Origin: Candidatus Babeliales bacterium
GTDB taxonomy: Bacteria > Babelota > Babeliae > Babelales > JANWKD01
Reading direction: 5' to 3'
DNA: 64,000 nucleotides
Assembly: GCA_963701665.1 (NCBI GenBank)
Contig: OY969622.1
Span: 640,001 to 704,000, forward strand
Position 1 is the stretch's first letter; each line of letters starts with the position of its first letter. The position numbers and the translations under genes were made by a program. Below the pieces are notes generated by a model that searched no databases, was not told the DNA's origin, and worked only from the letters and a program-made list of their open reading frames with translations. Below are positions 38,026-48,092 of the stretch, piece by piece.

Positions 38026-39241
38026 ATGTTTTTAAACTTGCTGCAATAGTCATCTCATTAAGTTTGCGCAACGAAAGTAGAGTTGCGCCACAACTTAATA
38101 GCATAACGACACAAAATACCATCAAAAAATAAAAGCCTTCTAAGGTAACGGGAAGGTGAGAAGCAAAATAAGCATCGGGTAGCTGGATTGAAATAAAATT
38201 TTTCAATATAAAACCAACACAGAAAGCAATCAAAAGTCCACAGATGCATGCACAGCACGATAAGCCTGCGCCTATAATAAAAAAGATTTTTTTTATCTCG
38301 CGGAATGGCGCGCCTAATGTTTGTAAGATGGCGATGTCATGTTTCTTTTGCATAATCTGCATGAATAACAATGAAATAATACTCATGCTTGCAACTAACA
38401 TAAGTAACGTGAGGACCAAAAAACTTGCATATTTTTCTAATGCCATTGCAGCAAGAAGTGCAGGGTAAAGCTCTTGCCATGCATAACAATCAAGATTAAA
38501 ACGATGCCGCAACTGCTGAGCATATTTTTTTTCATCGATATTTTTTGCTAATTTTAGTTGAATAGCAGTTGGTTCAGCATTACCAAAAAGTTCTTCCATG
38601 AGTTCAAATGAGCCGACAATGAGTGATGCATCAAACTCTTCGATGCCCGTCTTAAAAATACCACCGACCATTAAGTTTGTTGTGTCAAGATGAATGGTGG
38701 GCGACCATTCTTCAGAGTCATGAGCAAAATGTATCTGAAATTGATTTCCCTCACTCACCTGCAATCTGTGGGCTAATTTGTAGCCAACTGCAACAGAGTT
38801 GTTGCTTATAATTTCTTCTAATGATTTTTTTGTGATCAGTTTAGTGGCAAGCGAGGTTGTTTCCTTTTCAGCGTGCGGATCGATGCCTTTGAGCGTTACT
38901 AAATCACGTAAATTGCCACGATCATCTTGAATGAGTGCATAATTATGATACGAGGGACTTATGCCAACGACGTCAGGAAATTCCTTATGCAAAACGTGCG
39001 AGATAGCCTCAACATCTAAGGGCTGTTGCGTATATGATTGCATGATGACGTGCGCGTGTATACCTTGCAAATGATCGTGCGTTGCTTGTTCAAAACCGCG
39101 CATGATGGCAAGTACGAGTGCTAAGCTGAACGTGCCGAGCGCAATACCAATAAAACATATTTTTATCATGGTATCGATCGAGCGTTCTTGTTTTGTTTTC
39201 ATGATATAACGCCAGGCAAGCAGGAATGGAAGCGAGTTCAT
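38024..39241 (-). CDS. LolC/E (FtsX-like) ABC transporter permease
   Basis: LAWRY...GIALG...LAIMRGF and IAIL.TLGA motifs; multiple TM segments. Confidence 0.88.
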   Translation of the reverse strand: MNSLPFLLAWRYIMKTKQERSIDTMIKICFIGIALGTFSLALVLAIMRGFEQATHDHLQGIHAHVIMQSYTQQPLDVEAISHVLHKEFPDVVGISPSYHNYALIQDDRGNLRDLVTLKGIDPHAEKETTSLATKLITKKSLEEIISNNSVAVGYKLAHRLQVSEGNQFQIHFAHDSEEWSPTIHLDTTNLMVGGIFKTGIEEFDASLIVGSFELMEELFGNAEPTAIQLKLAKNIDEKKYAQQLRHRFNLDCYAWQELYPALLAAMALEKYASFLVLTLLMLVASMSIISLLFMQIMQKKHDIAILQTLGAPFREIKKIFFIIGAGLSCCACICGLLIAFCVGFILKNFISIQLPDAYFASHLPVTLEGFYFLMVFCVVMLLSCGATLLSLRKLNEMTIAASLKT

Positions 39242-39326
39242 GGAAGGCCTTATTAAGCTTGTCAATTTTTTTTGTTTTAATTAGGATACTAGTAACATGT
39301 TTTGATTGCAAAATAAAAGGTCATGT

Positions 39327-40031
39327 ATGAAGCATATTTTCAGAGCAGCGTTGCTTATCCTTGCGATACTCTCGTTCTCTAGTTGCTCGCGCTACATTTC
39401 GTGGGGAAAGGAAGTATTTAATCAAGGGAAAAAAGTTGAAACATATGCTGACATTGTGCAACCTTATATTCGTTCTGATCGCGTGTACGACCAATTTACA
39501 ACGCTCGGCAGCTTTGATGCGATGTGGCTTGCTGATCCTGTAAGACGCGCGTATGCCCGTTCGCACGCGCGCAAGCATGGATTCTCGGGCGAGCAATATA
39601 GCAAGTTTTTGGAGAATCAACTTGAGCAAAATGATGCAACAATCTCGTTTTACTTGTTAGCAGTTGTTGGCGGCCCGGGTGTCGTCGATTTAACTGATAA
39701 AAATGCAGTATGGACGGTGCAGCTCAAAATTGGTGATGATTATTTTAATCCTGTCAAAATTCAAACGATTGAACAATTGCCGCCAGAATATCAATACTTT
39801 TTTGGCAAAAAATGGACAGTTTTCAAAGCGATGTACTTAATTTCATTCAATGCGGTTGATGAAAATGATGATCGCTTGTTAGAATCATCACTTACCTCAA
39901 TTTCTTTAGTCTTTCGTCGTGTTGGTCATCGTTCGGAATTAGTATGGCCACTCGATGGTAATACGCACATTATACCGCGTTGCGGATTGAACCAAGATGT
40001 GCTTGCCTATGATCTTTATGATAATATTTAG
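39327..40031 (+). CDS. Hypothetical lipoprotein
   Basis: Lipobox-like FSSC after a hydrophobic stretch. Confidence 0.7.
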   Translation: MKHIFRAALLILAILSFSSCSRYISWGKEVFNQGKKVETYADIVQPYIRSDRVYDQFTTLGSFDAMWLADPVRRAYARSHARKHGFSGEQYSKFLENQLEQNDATISFYLLAVVGGPGVVDLTDKNAVWTVQLKIGDDYFNPVKIQTIEQLPPEYQYFFGKKWTVFKAMYLISFNAVDENDDRLLESSLTSISLVFRRVGHRSELVWPLDGNTHIIPRCGLNQDVLAYDLYDNI

Positions 40032-40040
40032 CGGTGTCTT

Positions 40041-40496
40041 ATGGTAGCTCAAAAAAAAATATCTGTAGTCATCGGTGCCGATCATCGAGGGTTTGAACTC
40101 AAAAACTTTTTAATCAAAACCTCGTTCAAAGATATTGATATCGCGTGGATTGATGTCGGCGCATTTAATGCAGAACGCTCGGATTATCCAGAATTTTCCA
40201 TTACTGCAGCTCAGGTAATGCTAGCAAAAAAAGCTGATCAGGGCATTTTGATCTGTGCATCGGGCGTCGGCATGGCGATTGCTGCTAATCGCTTTCACGG
40301 CATTTATGCGGGCGTCGCGTGGAATGAAAAAATCGCCACAGAATCAAAAGAAGACGATGGATGCAATGTCCTCGTTCTGCCTTCAGATTTTGTGAATCAA
40401 GAACAAGCATTGCGCATCGTTGAAGCATGGTTACATGCTGAATTCAAAGAAGGGCGCTATCAAAAGCGTCTTGATATGATTGATGCAATAAAGTGA
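40041..40496 (+). CDS. rpiB: Ribose-5-phosphate isomerase B
   Basis: GADHRG, DYP and ILICASGVGMAIAANR motifs. Confidence 0.93.
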   Translation: MVAQKKISVVIGADHRGFELKNFLIKTSFKDIDIAWIDVGAFNAERSDYPEFSITAAQVMLAKKADQGILICASGVGMAIAANRFHGIYAGVAWNEKIATESKEDDGCNVLVLPSDFVNQEQALRIVEAWLHAEFKEGRYQKRLDMIDAIK

Positions 40497-40517
40497 TACA
40501 TAATCATTTAATATAAG

Positions 40518-40654
40518 TAATGCGAATTCCGCGGAATATATGCCAGAAATGTCTTCCCGAGGAGCGAAGCGACGTGGGGATCCAGAACTTTAATTAGTTC
40601 CTTAAAAATGAACTATTTTATAAGCTGGGTTGCCACGCTTACGCTCGCAATGAC
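40518..40654. repeat. Palindromic repeat, copy 4 (GTCTTCCCGAGGAGC subtype)
   Basis: Core 40551-40654; degenerate TIR at 40518; closest to copy 7. Confidence 0.85.
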
Positions 40655-40761
40655 ATTTTTGTTTTTTAATGTTATTTTTGCATAGCAGAATGTGATTTAA
40701 AGTATGAGAGACGATCAAGAAATAATTCTTGATCGCCTCTTTTTACTTGGTAGCTAGTATG

Positions 40762-43524
40762 TTATGCAATTGCTGGCGCAGGAACTTCTTCTTTCGTTGT
40801 TTGATCAACGGATGATGTAGGTTCTACGGCATCATTCTGTGCTTCTTTATTTTTTTCTGTTTCAATAAAGTGCATGATTTGCATAATTTGCTCGGCAGTT
40901 AACAGCTCTTCTTTTACAAGAAGGAGTGCTACAAATGCAAGTTCTTCTTTGTATTTTTCAAGCAGCGCGTAAGCAAGTTCTTTATGTTTTTCAATTAACG
41001 CATGTGCTTCTGCTAATTTGCGTTGACGCACTTCTTTAGGCATATCTTTTTCACGAATACCTTCAAGGACAATACGTTTTGCAAGAGTCATTGCTTGATC
41101 ATTATCTTCAGTGTGGTAGGTATAACTTGTATTACCATATAACAACTTCTCGGCTGCGTGACCCGCAAGGCAAATGGTTAACTCATCAAGAAGATCTTCA
41201 TACGAATCAAATTTGAAGCGATGCGGTTTGTGCATGGTAAATGTGTTACCATATATAACCGTGGTACGCGCTCGTTTTTGTTCCTCATCTTTTTCTTCTT
41301 TATCTTTCCAACCATTGAACAAGAGATCCTCTTCAGCAATCTTCACGCCAGTAGGACGCGTTGTTACTTTGGTTAACTGTAAGCTTGCATCAAGTAAAAT
41401 GCGGGCAAGGGCGTGGCCACTTTGGTGCACGGCAACAAGTTCTTGTTCGCCTTTTGGTAATGGATTTTTATCTGCAAGAATCAGATTGATATCCTCAGCA
41501 AATGCATTTTGGAAATCTTGCGCTGTTGGTAACTTACCTTGGATTTTGCCATCCATTAATGCCGTACGCAACATCTCACTGAGTGCATCAAAAGGAGCGC
41601 CTTCACTTTCACGTGCAAGTTGATCAATAGTTTCTTCTTCAAGGAAGATCGCGCGTTTTTCAAGCTCTTTCTTCAAGAAGAGTTTGCGCTCGTCAAGGGT
41701 CGGATAGACAAAGTGTAAATGTTTACCAAAGCGTCCGGAAGCACGCAATGAATCATCAAGTTGTTCAGGTTTATTTGTTGCAGCCATGATGATAACTTTA
41801 TTCTTGTTCTTTCTATTGAGCATACTCATTGCGGTGAGCATTTCGCCAAAGCGTTTACTATCGCGAAGACGATGAAGGTTCATGGTATCCAATTCATCAA
41901 TGAAGATAATAATAGGCGCGTGTTTCTGTGCTTCTTCAAAGAAGACTGATATACCAATTTCAATAAGTTCTGCGGCTTTAATTTCAACATAATGTAAGAT
42001 ATCATGTTTGCCCATTTGCTTATCAATTTGTTGAATAGTACCAGCAGTTGCTTCAGCAAGGAAACTCTTACCAGTTCGCGTCGGACCTTCAAGTAAAATA
42101 CCGGTTGGTGGCACAATACCAGGACGATCGAAATATTCATTATTAGTTACATAGGCAACAACTCTGAGCATTTCTTGTTTTGCATGTTCGTTACCAATAA
42201 CATCATCAAGCGTAATATTTACTTCTTTTTCAAAATCACTAATGATGCCTACTTTTTTCACAGGTCCGCCCGCTAAGTAATCATCTGCTTGGCGTAAATT
42301 GCCTCGTGATAAGTTAGCAAAGTATTTTGCAAATTCTTTAAGTTGTGGCGCAATGTAATCAGTAAAGATCGGAATACCTGGCGTAGCAAAGCTTATAAGC
42401 CCAACGCCGGCAGTGCCCAAAATCGCTTCAGCAAGAGTGAACCAACCTCGTGTAGCAACTGGCATGCCATTATAACGATCTGATAATATACTTTTTGACA
42501 TAGTAGACTCGGGGATAGGAAAACCAACCCATGTTTTTGCAGCTATGGTCATTCGTTGTAGCCAGGTAGCATTGTTTGAATATTCATTAATTGAAAAGAA
42601 ATTGGAATATTTTTTTAGTGCTGTTTCAAGTATAGAGGAATTCTTTGGTAAAGAGAAATTGGGGTCTGCTTGTATTTTTTCTAGTAATGCTTTTTCCAGA
42701 TTTTCATTATTACTATCAAGATACGTTCCTAATGGAAATCTAAAAAGTACCCATGCAGCCAACACGCCTATTCCTGCAGCAGTAGCAGTTCTACTCATAA
42801 TTTTATAATCATGATTTAGTTTGCGTAATTTTCTATACACAATATTAAAGGTGGATAACCCGACGTTGGGCGCTTTTTGTCCAAGGGTAACAAGACGAGT
42901 GTTATGTGCTTGTAATTGTTGTGCAAGCTGCTCAACATCGAGTGGATCAGTTGATTGAGCGCGCGTTGTTAGATCAAATTCCGTATGGGGAAATTTTTTC
43001 AAACCAGTTTTGATGGCACTTGCGAGGTTATCGTGAACGGTGCCAATAAGTTTAATCAGTGCTGGAAAATTTTCTTTTTGTGCAAGTAGGAATGCGCTAT
43101 AACGCATTTTACCAATCATGGTCCCCAAGCTTGCAAGTTCAGTACGAGCAGTTGATTTTTCCATCTGAGTTAAGCGAACCTGATTGTTATTTAATATTTG
43201 AGCAACATCACTCGTGATTTCAGCAAGGACATCTAATTGTCTTGAGATTTCTTGTGAAATCATTTCAACGTGTTGCGTTGATGCAGCTTGAGCTATCACG
43301 TCATTAATGTTTTGTAGCGGATGTGCATCTGAGGATGCATCAGATGGCTCTGAACTTGGTTCAGGATCTAAAAGGTCAAGTTGAGGCAATTCAAATGGAG
43401 TTGATGCCGAGTGAGCTTGTATATCAGGCGTTGAAGTAGCAAGCGGGTCATGTGCCTGTATCGTAGTGTTGATCCCAAGACTGAGTAACACTACTAATAC
43501 GTGTTTAAAATAGTTAAAATTCAT
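40762..43524 (-). CDS. FtsH-like AAA+ ATPase with degenerate M41 protease motif
   Basis: Walker A GPTRTGKS, Walker B IFIDELD, SRH AATNKPEQLD..L..SGRF; HQSGH replaces HExxH. Confidence 0.88.
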   Translation of the reverse strand: MNFNYFKHVLVVLLSLGINTTIQAHDPLATSTPDIQAHSASTPFELPQLDLLDPEPSSEPSDASSDAHPLQNINDVIAQAASTQHVEMISQEISRQLDVLAEITSDVAQILNNNQVRLTQMEKSTARTELASLGTMIGKMRYSAFLLAQKENFPALIKLIGTVHDNLASAIKTGLKKFPHTEFDLTTRAQSTDPLDVEQLAQQLQAHNTRLVTLGQKAPNVGLSTFNIVYRKLRKLNHDYKIMSRTATAAGIGVLAAWVLFRFPLGTYLDSNNENLEKALLEKIQADPNFSLPKNSSILETALKKYSNFFSINEYSNNATWLQRMTIAAKTWVGFPIPESTMSKSILSDRYNGMPVATRGWFTLAEAILGTAGVGLISFATPGIPIFTDYIAPQLKEFAKYFANLSRGNLRQADDYLAGGPVKKVGIISDFEKEVNITLDDVIGNEHAKQEMLRVVAYVTNNEYFDRPGIVPPTGILLEGPTRTGKSFLAEATAGTIQQIDKQMGKHDILHYVEIKAAELIEIGISVFFEEAQKHAPIIIFIDELDTMNLHRLRDSKRFGEMLTAMSMLNRKNKNKVIIMAATNKPEQLDDSLRASGRFGKHLHFVYPTLDERKLFLKKELEKRAIFLEEETIDQLARESEGAPFDALSEMLRTALMDGKIQGKLPTAQDFQNAFAEDINLILADKNPLPKGEQELVAVHQSGHALARILLDASLQLTKVTTRPTGVKIAEEDLLFNGWKDKEEKDEEQKRARTTVIYGNTFTMHKPHRFKFDSYEDLLDELTICLAGHAAEKLLYGNTSYTYHTEDNDQAMTLAKRIVLEGIREKDMPKEVRQRKLAEAHALIEKHKELAYALLEKYKEELAFVALLLVKEELLTAEQIMQIMHFIETEKNKEAQNDAVEPTSSVDQTTKEEVPAPAIA

Positions 43525-43640
43525 GTATCTATTCCTCCAATAAATTATGAGCGGTATTTTTTGTTTTCATACTATATTCGGTAAAAGTTAATTCATGTCA
43601 AAAATTCAGTTTAGCATTATTTTTTTTAGAGAAAAAAATT

Positions 43641-43675
43641 AGAAAAAACCCGGCGCAAATGACCGGGTTTTTTCT
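43641..43675 (-). terminator. Intrinsic terminator
   Basis: AGAAAAAACCCGG / CCGGGTTTTTTCT. Confidence 0.7.
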
Positions 43676-43701
43676 AACTATGATTTTTCTATAGTTGTAC
43701 A

Positions 43702-44367
43702 CTAAGCAACTACCTCAGCATTAGTTTTTTGTTCATAACCAAGATAGCTAAGCATTTTGTAGGTAAATTTGTTTACGCCTTGGTCAAATTTATCACGGTA
43801 GTATTCATAAAATGGTTTGGTATGATCTTTAAATGGTTCAGTGATAATCCATGTCAATGCACTTAATTTGAGACCTTCGCTTATTGCGTCGCTCAAGCCT
43901 TTATCTGCTTTTAAAGCGGCTTCTTTAAAATTACCAAATTGGTAGCACCACAAAATAAATAATGGGAAGCGAATGCCGAGTGAAACGAGCACAGCAGGAG
44001 TAATTTCCGGTAATTTTTTAGAAGTTTTTTTATCTTTTGCTTCATTGATTAACGATTGTAATGTAGCAATAAGCTGTTCACGTTCTTTGGATGATAAAGT
44101 GACCGCTTGTGCACGTGAGTCTTCGTCTTCCGTTTTCAGGGGTATACCTTCTACTTCAGCTTCGGGTAATAAGTCACGCGGATGCGTACGTGGTTTATCT
44201 AGTTGTACGCTATCAAGGCCAAAATCTGGCATTGATAATGCGGATAAATCTTCTTGTGCAAAAGAAATTATTTCAGGATCTTGTGCCAAAAGAGGCGATA
44301 TCGTAATACTTATTAAAAGCAATAATGCTGAAAGTTGTGTTGTAGGTATGCATCGTGAAGCGGCCAT
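43702..44367 (-). CDS. Hypothetical membrane protein
   Basis: Signal peptide plus hydrophobic segments. Confidence 0.7.
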   Translation of the reverse strand: MAASRCIPTTQLSALLLLISITISPLLAQDPEIISFAQEDLSALSMPDFGLDSVQLDKPRTHPRDLLPEAEVEGIPLKTEDEDSRAQAVTLSSKEREQLIATLQSLINEAKDKKTSKKLPEITPAVLVSLGIRFPLFILWCYQFGNFKEAALKADKGLSDAISEGLKLSALTWIITEPFKDHTKPFYEYYRDKFDQGVNKFTYKMLSYLGYEQKTNAEVVA

Positions 44368-44525
44368 GAATTTTTACCTTTTTGTGGTTGAGGTTATACT
44401 AAAAACACGAATATCTTGCTTACAGTATTATTTTTTTAAAACTTTTTGTCAATTAGGAACCTAGAGAATGAAGCTTCTGATCAATTCTATTGTTGTATTT
44501 TTTAGACTAAAGGATAAAACGCTAT

Positions 44526-45986
44526 ATGCAAATATATAATAAATGGCTAGTGCTGCTGGCACTTGGTCTTGTCATACTAGGGGCTGCTGTTTTTTCGCTT
44601 ATGAAATATTCGCATCTTGAAAACTATATTCCCCTCAAAGGTCCCATAAAAATCGATATGGCGAGGGCTCTCGAAAAAGATAATTGTATACCTTTATTAG
44701 TTATCGGCTCAGGATGTGCTGGCTATAGTGCTGCTATTTACGGCGCTCGTGGCAAGGTAAAAACGGTTCTTTTTGTCGGTAATAAGCCGGGAGGTCAACT
44801 AAGTGGTACCTCAACGGTTGAGAATTGGCCGGGCCTATTCCAGGAACTTGGGCCTGACATTATGCAAAAATTAAAAAAACAAGCTGAAAATTTTGGGGTT
44901 CAGGTAGTTAACGATACAATAAGTACTCTTGATACGTCCGTTTGGCCATTTGCCGTTACAACGGAAGATGGTAAAAAACTACACGCGTTAACCATAATAA
45001 TAGCGACGGGGGCTACGCCGGTCATGCTCAATGTTCCTGGTGAGCAAGAATATTTTGGTAAAGGGGTGACAACGTGTGCCGTGTGCGATGCCCCATTCCA
45101 TAAAGATAAAGATGTTATTATTGTGGGTGGGGGTGATTCTGCTGCCGAAGAGGCATTACAGTTATCAGCGTACGCCAAATCCGTAACGCTCGCCGTACGC
45201 CGCAATGAAATGCGCGCGTCACCTTCTATGCAAGAGCGCGTTGCGAACGTCGACAAAATACATATTGCCTATAACACTGAAGTAAAATCGATCGTTGGGG
45301 ATGAACATGCCGTAACCGGCGTTCAACTCTATAATAATGGTACCCAACAAACAGAGTATAAAGTTGTCACTGGGGTATTTTTGGCAATAGGGCATACCCC
45401 AAACAGTGCGTTGGTAAAAAATCAACTTGAAACTGATAAAGATGGCTACATTATTGTACAAGGCCGCTCGCAACAAACTTCGGTGCCAGGTATTTTTGCT
45501 GCAGGGGATGTTGAAGATAAGGTCTATCGCCAGGCGGGTGTGGCATCAGGCAGTGGTATCCGTGCGGCATTAGATGCATTGAATTTCTTACAAAATAATG
45601 GCTTTAATGCCGCAATTGCTAAGAAAATGAAGCCACATTATTATAAACCGGAAGCTCAACGTGCTTCATCAGTTATTAAATTAACAACGATGGCTGAATT
45701 TGATGAAATACGCAAAACAAAGAGAATCTTTGTTCTCGATTTCTATACCAATTTCTGTCCTAGCTGCATGCAAATGATGCCAGCGCTGGAAGCAGTTGCT
45801 TATAAGCTTGTTGATCGCGTGGCATTCTGTAAGGTTGATGCAAGTCAATTGCTTGAATTGGCGCAGACCTATCATGTTGTTGCAGTACCAGCCATTTTAG
45901 TCTTTAAAGATGGTTCATTAGTTGGACGGTATAATCAAGCTATGAACAAAAAACAGTTATACGAATTTGTGGAGAGATTTCTTTAA
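44526..45986 (+). CDS. trxB: Thioredoxin reductase-thioredoxin fusion 1, N-terminal TM
   Basis: GSGCAG, CAVCD, GGGDSA.EEA, FAAGD; Trx domain CPSC. Confidence 0.9.
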   Translation: MQIYNKWLVLLALGLVILGAAVFSLMKYSHLENYIPLKGPIKIDMARALEKDNCIPLLVIGSGCAGYSAAIYGARGKVKTVLFVGNKPGGQLSGTSTVENWPGLFQELGPDIMQKLKKQAENFGVQVVNDTISTLDTSVWPFAVTTEDGKKLHALTIIIATGATPVMLNVPGEQEYFGKGVTTCAVCDAPFHKDKDVIIVGGGDSAAEEALQLSAYAKSVTLAVRRNEMRASPSMQERVANVDKIHIAYNTEVKSIVGDEHAVTGVQLYNNGTQQTEYKVVTGVFLAIGHTPNSALVKNQLETDKDGYIIVQGRSQQTSVPGIFAAGDVEDKVYRQAGVASGSGIRAALDALNFLQNNGFNAAIAKKMKPHYYKPEAQRASSVIKLTTMAEFDEIRKTKRIFVLDFYTNFCPSCMQMMPALEAVAYKLVDRVAFCKVDASQLLELAQTYHVVAVPAILVFKDGSLVGRYNQAMNKKQLYEFVERFL

Positions 45987-46143
45987 GAAAATGAGTTAAA
46001 TAGAGCGCCCATAGAGAAGGCAACATTAATTTTTTAAAAAGTTACAAATATTGCTTTCTCTGTGGGCGCTTTGCTACACTTAGGCTAAGAACTGGATTGC
46101 CCTATTTTACAGGGGAAATACAGGGAAAAAAGAGGGACACAAA

Positions 46144-46272
46144 ATGAGAAAAACAATTTCTTTGATGGCCTTAATTTTAACCGGTTTTATGTTTTCAGGT
46201 ACTACGGTGAAACATCATATAGAAACTACAAAAAAACCATTAAACAGCGTTATTGCTAATAAAAAGGGATAA
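46144..46272 (+). CDS. Small 42-aa signal-peptide-like ORF, not in the ORF track
   Basis: GAGGG RBS; MRKTISLMALILTGFMFSG...NKKG*. Confidence 0.5.
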   Translation: MRKTISLMALILTGFMFSGTTVKHHIETTKKPLNSVIANKKG

Positions 46273-46310
46273 TTTTCTATTTTTGTTTCCTTGAAATAAG
46301 GAGCACTACC

Positions 46311-47747
46311 ATGAAATTTAATAAACGTTACGGATATCTGTTATTAGGATCTCTTGCGCTTATTAGTATCATTGCTCTGTCATGCATGCTTTTTAAAAAA
46401 AGCTCCCAAAAAATTTCTATTGAAACGTTACGCACTAAAAAGAATATTGCACCCGTTGTAGTTATTGGTTCCGGACCTGCTGGGTTGAGTGCCGCTCTTT
46501 TTACAGCGCGTGCTAATTTTCCAACGTTCGTCATTACTGGTCAACAAGAAGGTGGTCAGCTTATGGAAGCTGCCTATGTTGAGAACTGGCCGACAAAACA
46601 AAAAGCATCAGGAAGCCAAATGATGCAAGATTTAAAAGAACAAGCGCAACATTTTGGTGTTCGTATTGTGCCAACCTATGTGGAGTATGTCGATGTTTCA
46701 CAACATCCTTTCATCGTTCATCTTAATAATGGTGATGAACTATTTGCACTTTCCCTTATTGTTGCAACGGGCGGATCACAAAGAACCTTGCCGGTGCCCG
46801 GTGTAAAAGAATATTGGGCAAAGGGTATTGGTATTTGTACTATTTGCGATGCTCCATTTGATAAAGATAAAGAGGTGGCCGTTATTGGCGGTGGCGATGC
46901 TGCCTGCGATAAAGCATTGCAGCTTGCAGCTTTTGCAAAGCATGTCACCATCCTTGTTCGCGATAAAGAAATGCGCGCTGCGGCTGTCGTACAGAATTAT
47001 GTAAAAGATACACCAAATATTTCTATTCGTTATAACTGTGCTATTGAAAAAATTGATGGCGATGGCAATCGAGCGTCAGCTGTTGAAGTAAAGGATTCAA
47101 AAACGAGCGTTCAAGAAACTCTCCCGATTTATACGGTATATTTTGCACTCGGATTCACGCCAAATTCACAATTATTTAAAGGGAAACTCGAGCTTGATAA
47201 AGATGGGTATATTGTACGCAAGCCTGGAACGCAAAAAACCTCAGTTGAGGGGGTATTTGCTGCGGGGAACATAGAAGATGCCGTCTATCAAAAAGCAAGT
47301 ATTGCCTCGGGAGCCGGTGCACGCGCTGGGATAGATGCGATTCAATTCTTACAAGACAAGGGCTTTACGCCAGTGGCAGTACAAGAATTAGCATCAGTAC
47401 TGTATCAGCCGCAAGAAGGGAAACAATCCATAACACAGCTTTCAAATGATGAAGGATTAGAAAAAGCAATTACTAATAATAAGATTATCATCATCGAGTT
47501 TTATGCAAAAACATGCCCTATTTGCAAAATGGTAGGTCCCTATTTTGGTCAAGCATCCGCAAAATTCAATGGTGAGGTTGTTTTTGCTAATGCCGATGTG
47601 CAGGCAGTGGAAAAAAGTGCTCAATACTATTCTCTGGATACAACGCCGCTCTTTATTCTTTTTAGTAATGGTAAAGAACAAGCTCGTTCAAATAGTCTCA
47701 GAACGCAACAGGACATTGTTGATTTTATCAATAAAAACAAAAAATAA
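46311..47747 (+). CDS. trxB: Thioredoxin reductase-thioredoxin fusion 2, N-terminal TM
   Basis: GSGPAG, CTICD, GGGDAA; Trx domain CPIC. Confidence 0.88.
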   Translation: MKFNKRYGYLLLGSLALISIIALSCMLFKKSSQKISIETLRTKKNIAPVVVIGSGPAGLSAALFTARANFPTFVITGQQEGGQLMEAAYVENWPTKQKASGSQMMQDLKEQAQHFGVRIVPTYVEYVDVSQHPFIVHLNNGDELFALSLIVATGGSQRTLPVPGVKEYWAKGIGICTICDAPFDKDKEVAVIGGGDAACDKALQLAAFAKHVTILVRDKEMRAAAVVQNYVKDTPNISIRYNCAIEKIDGDGNRASAVEVKDSKTSVQETLPIYTVYFALGFTPNSQLFKGKLELDKDGYIVRKPGTQKTSVEGVFAAGNIEDAVYQKASIASGAGARAGIDAIQFLQDKGFTPVAVQELASVLYQPQEGKQSITQLSNDEGLEKAITNNKIIIIEFYAKTCPICKMVGPYFGQASAKFNGEVVFANADVQAVEKSAQYYSLDTTPLFILFSNGKEQARSNSLRTQQDIVDFINKNKK

Positions 47748-47809
47748 AATTAAAAATATTGCAATCTGAAAGCAAAAATTGCTACACTCATGACAGATTA
47801 ATGGTTAAA

Positions 47810-48060
47810 AACGCAAATTCGATGAGTGACTATGTTGCAGGAAATGCATATTGGAAACAAAAGTCGTCATTGCGAGCGAAGCGTGGCAATCCAATTATAA
47901 AACCAGTTCCTTTAAGGAATTAATTAAAGTTTGGATTCTACTTCGTTAAAACTTCGTAGAACAGGTCCCCACGGTTTTGAACCCTGCGAAGCTTCAGCGA
48001 AGAAGGGCTAAAGCCTCGGGATGACATCCTTGTTTTATTATGTTTCATCGAGTTCGCGTT
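47810..48060. mobile_element. MITE-like palindromic element, copy 5, with two nested insertions
   Basis: TIRs AACGCAAATTCGATGA / TCATCGAGTTCGCGTT; near-identical to copy 2. Confidence 0.88.
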
Positions 48061-48092
48061 AAAAGAGATAAGAATGCTTGAGAGGAACTGTT

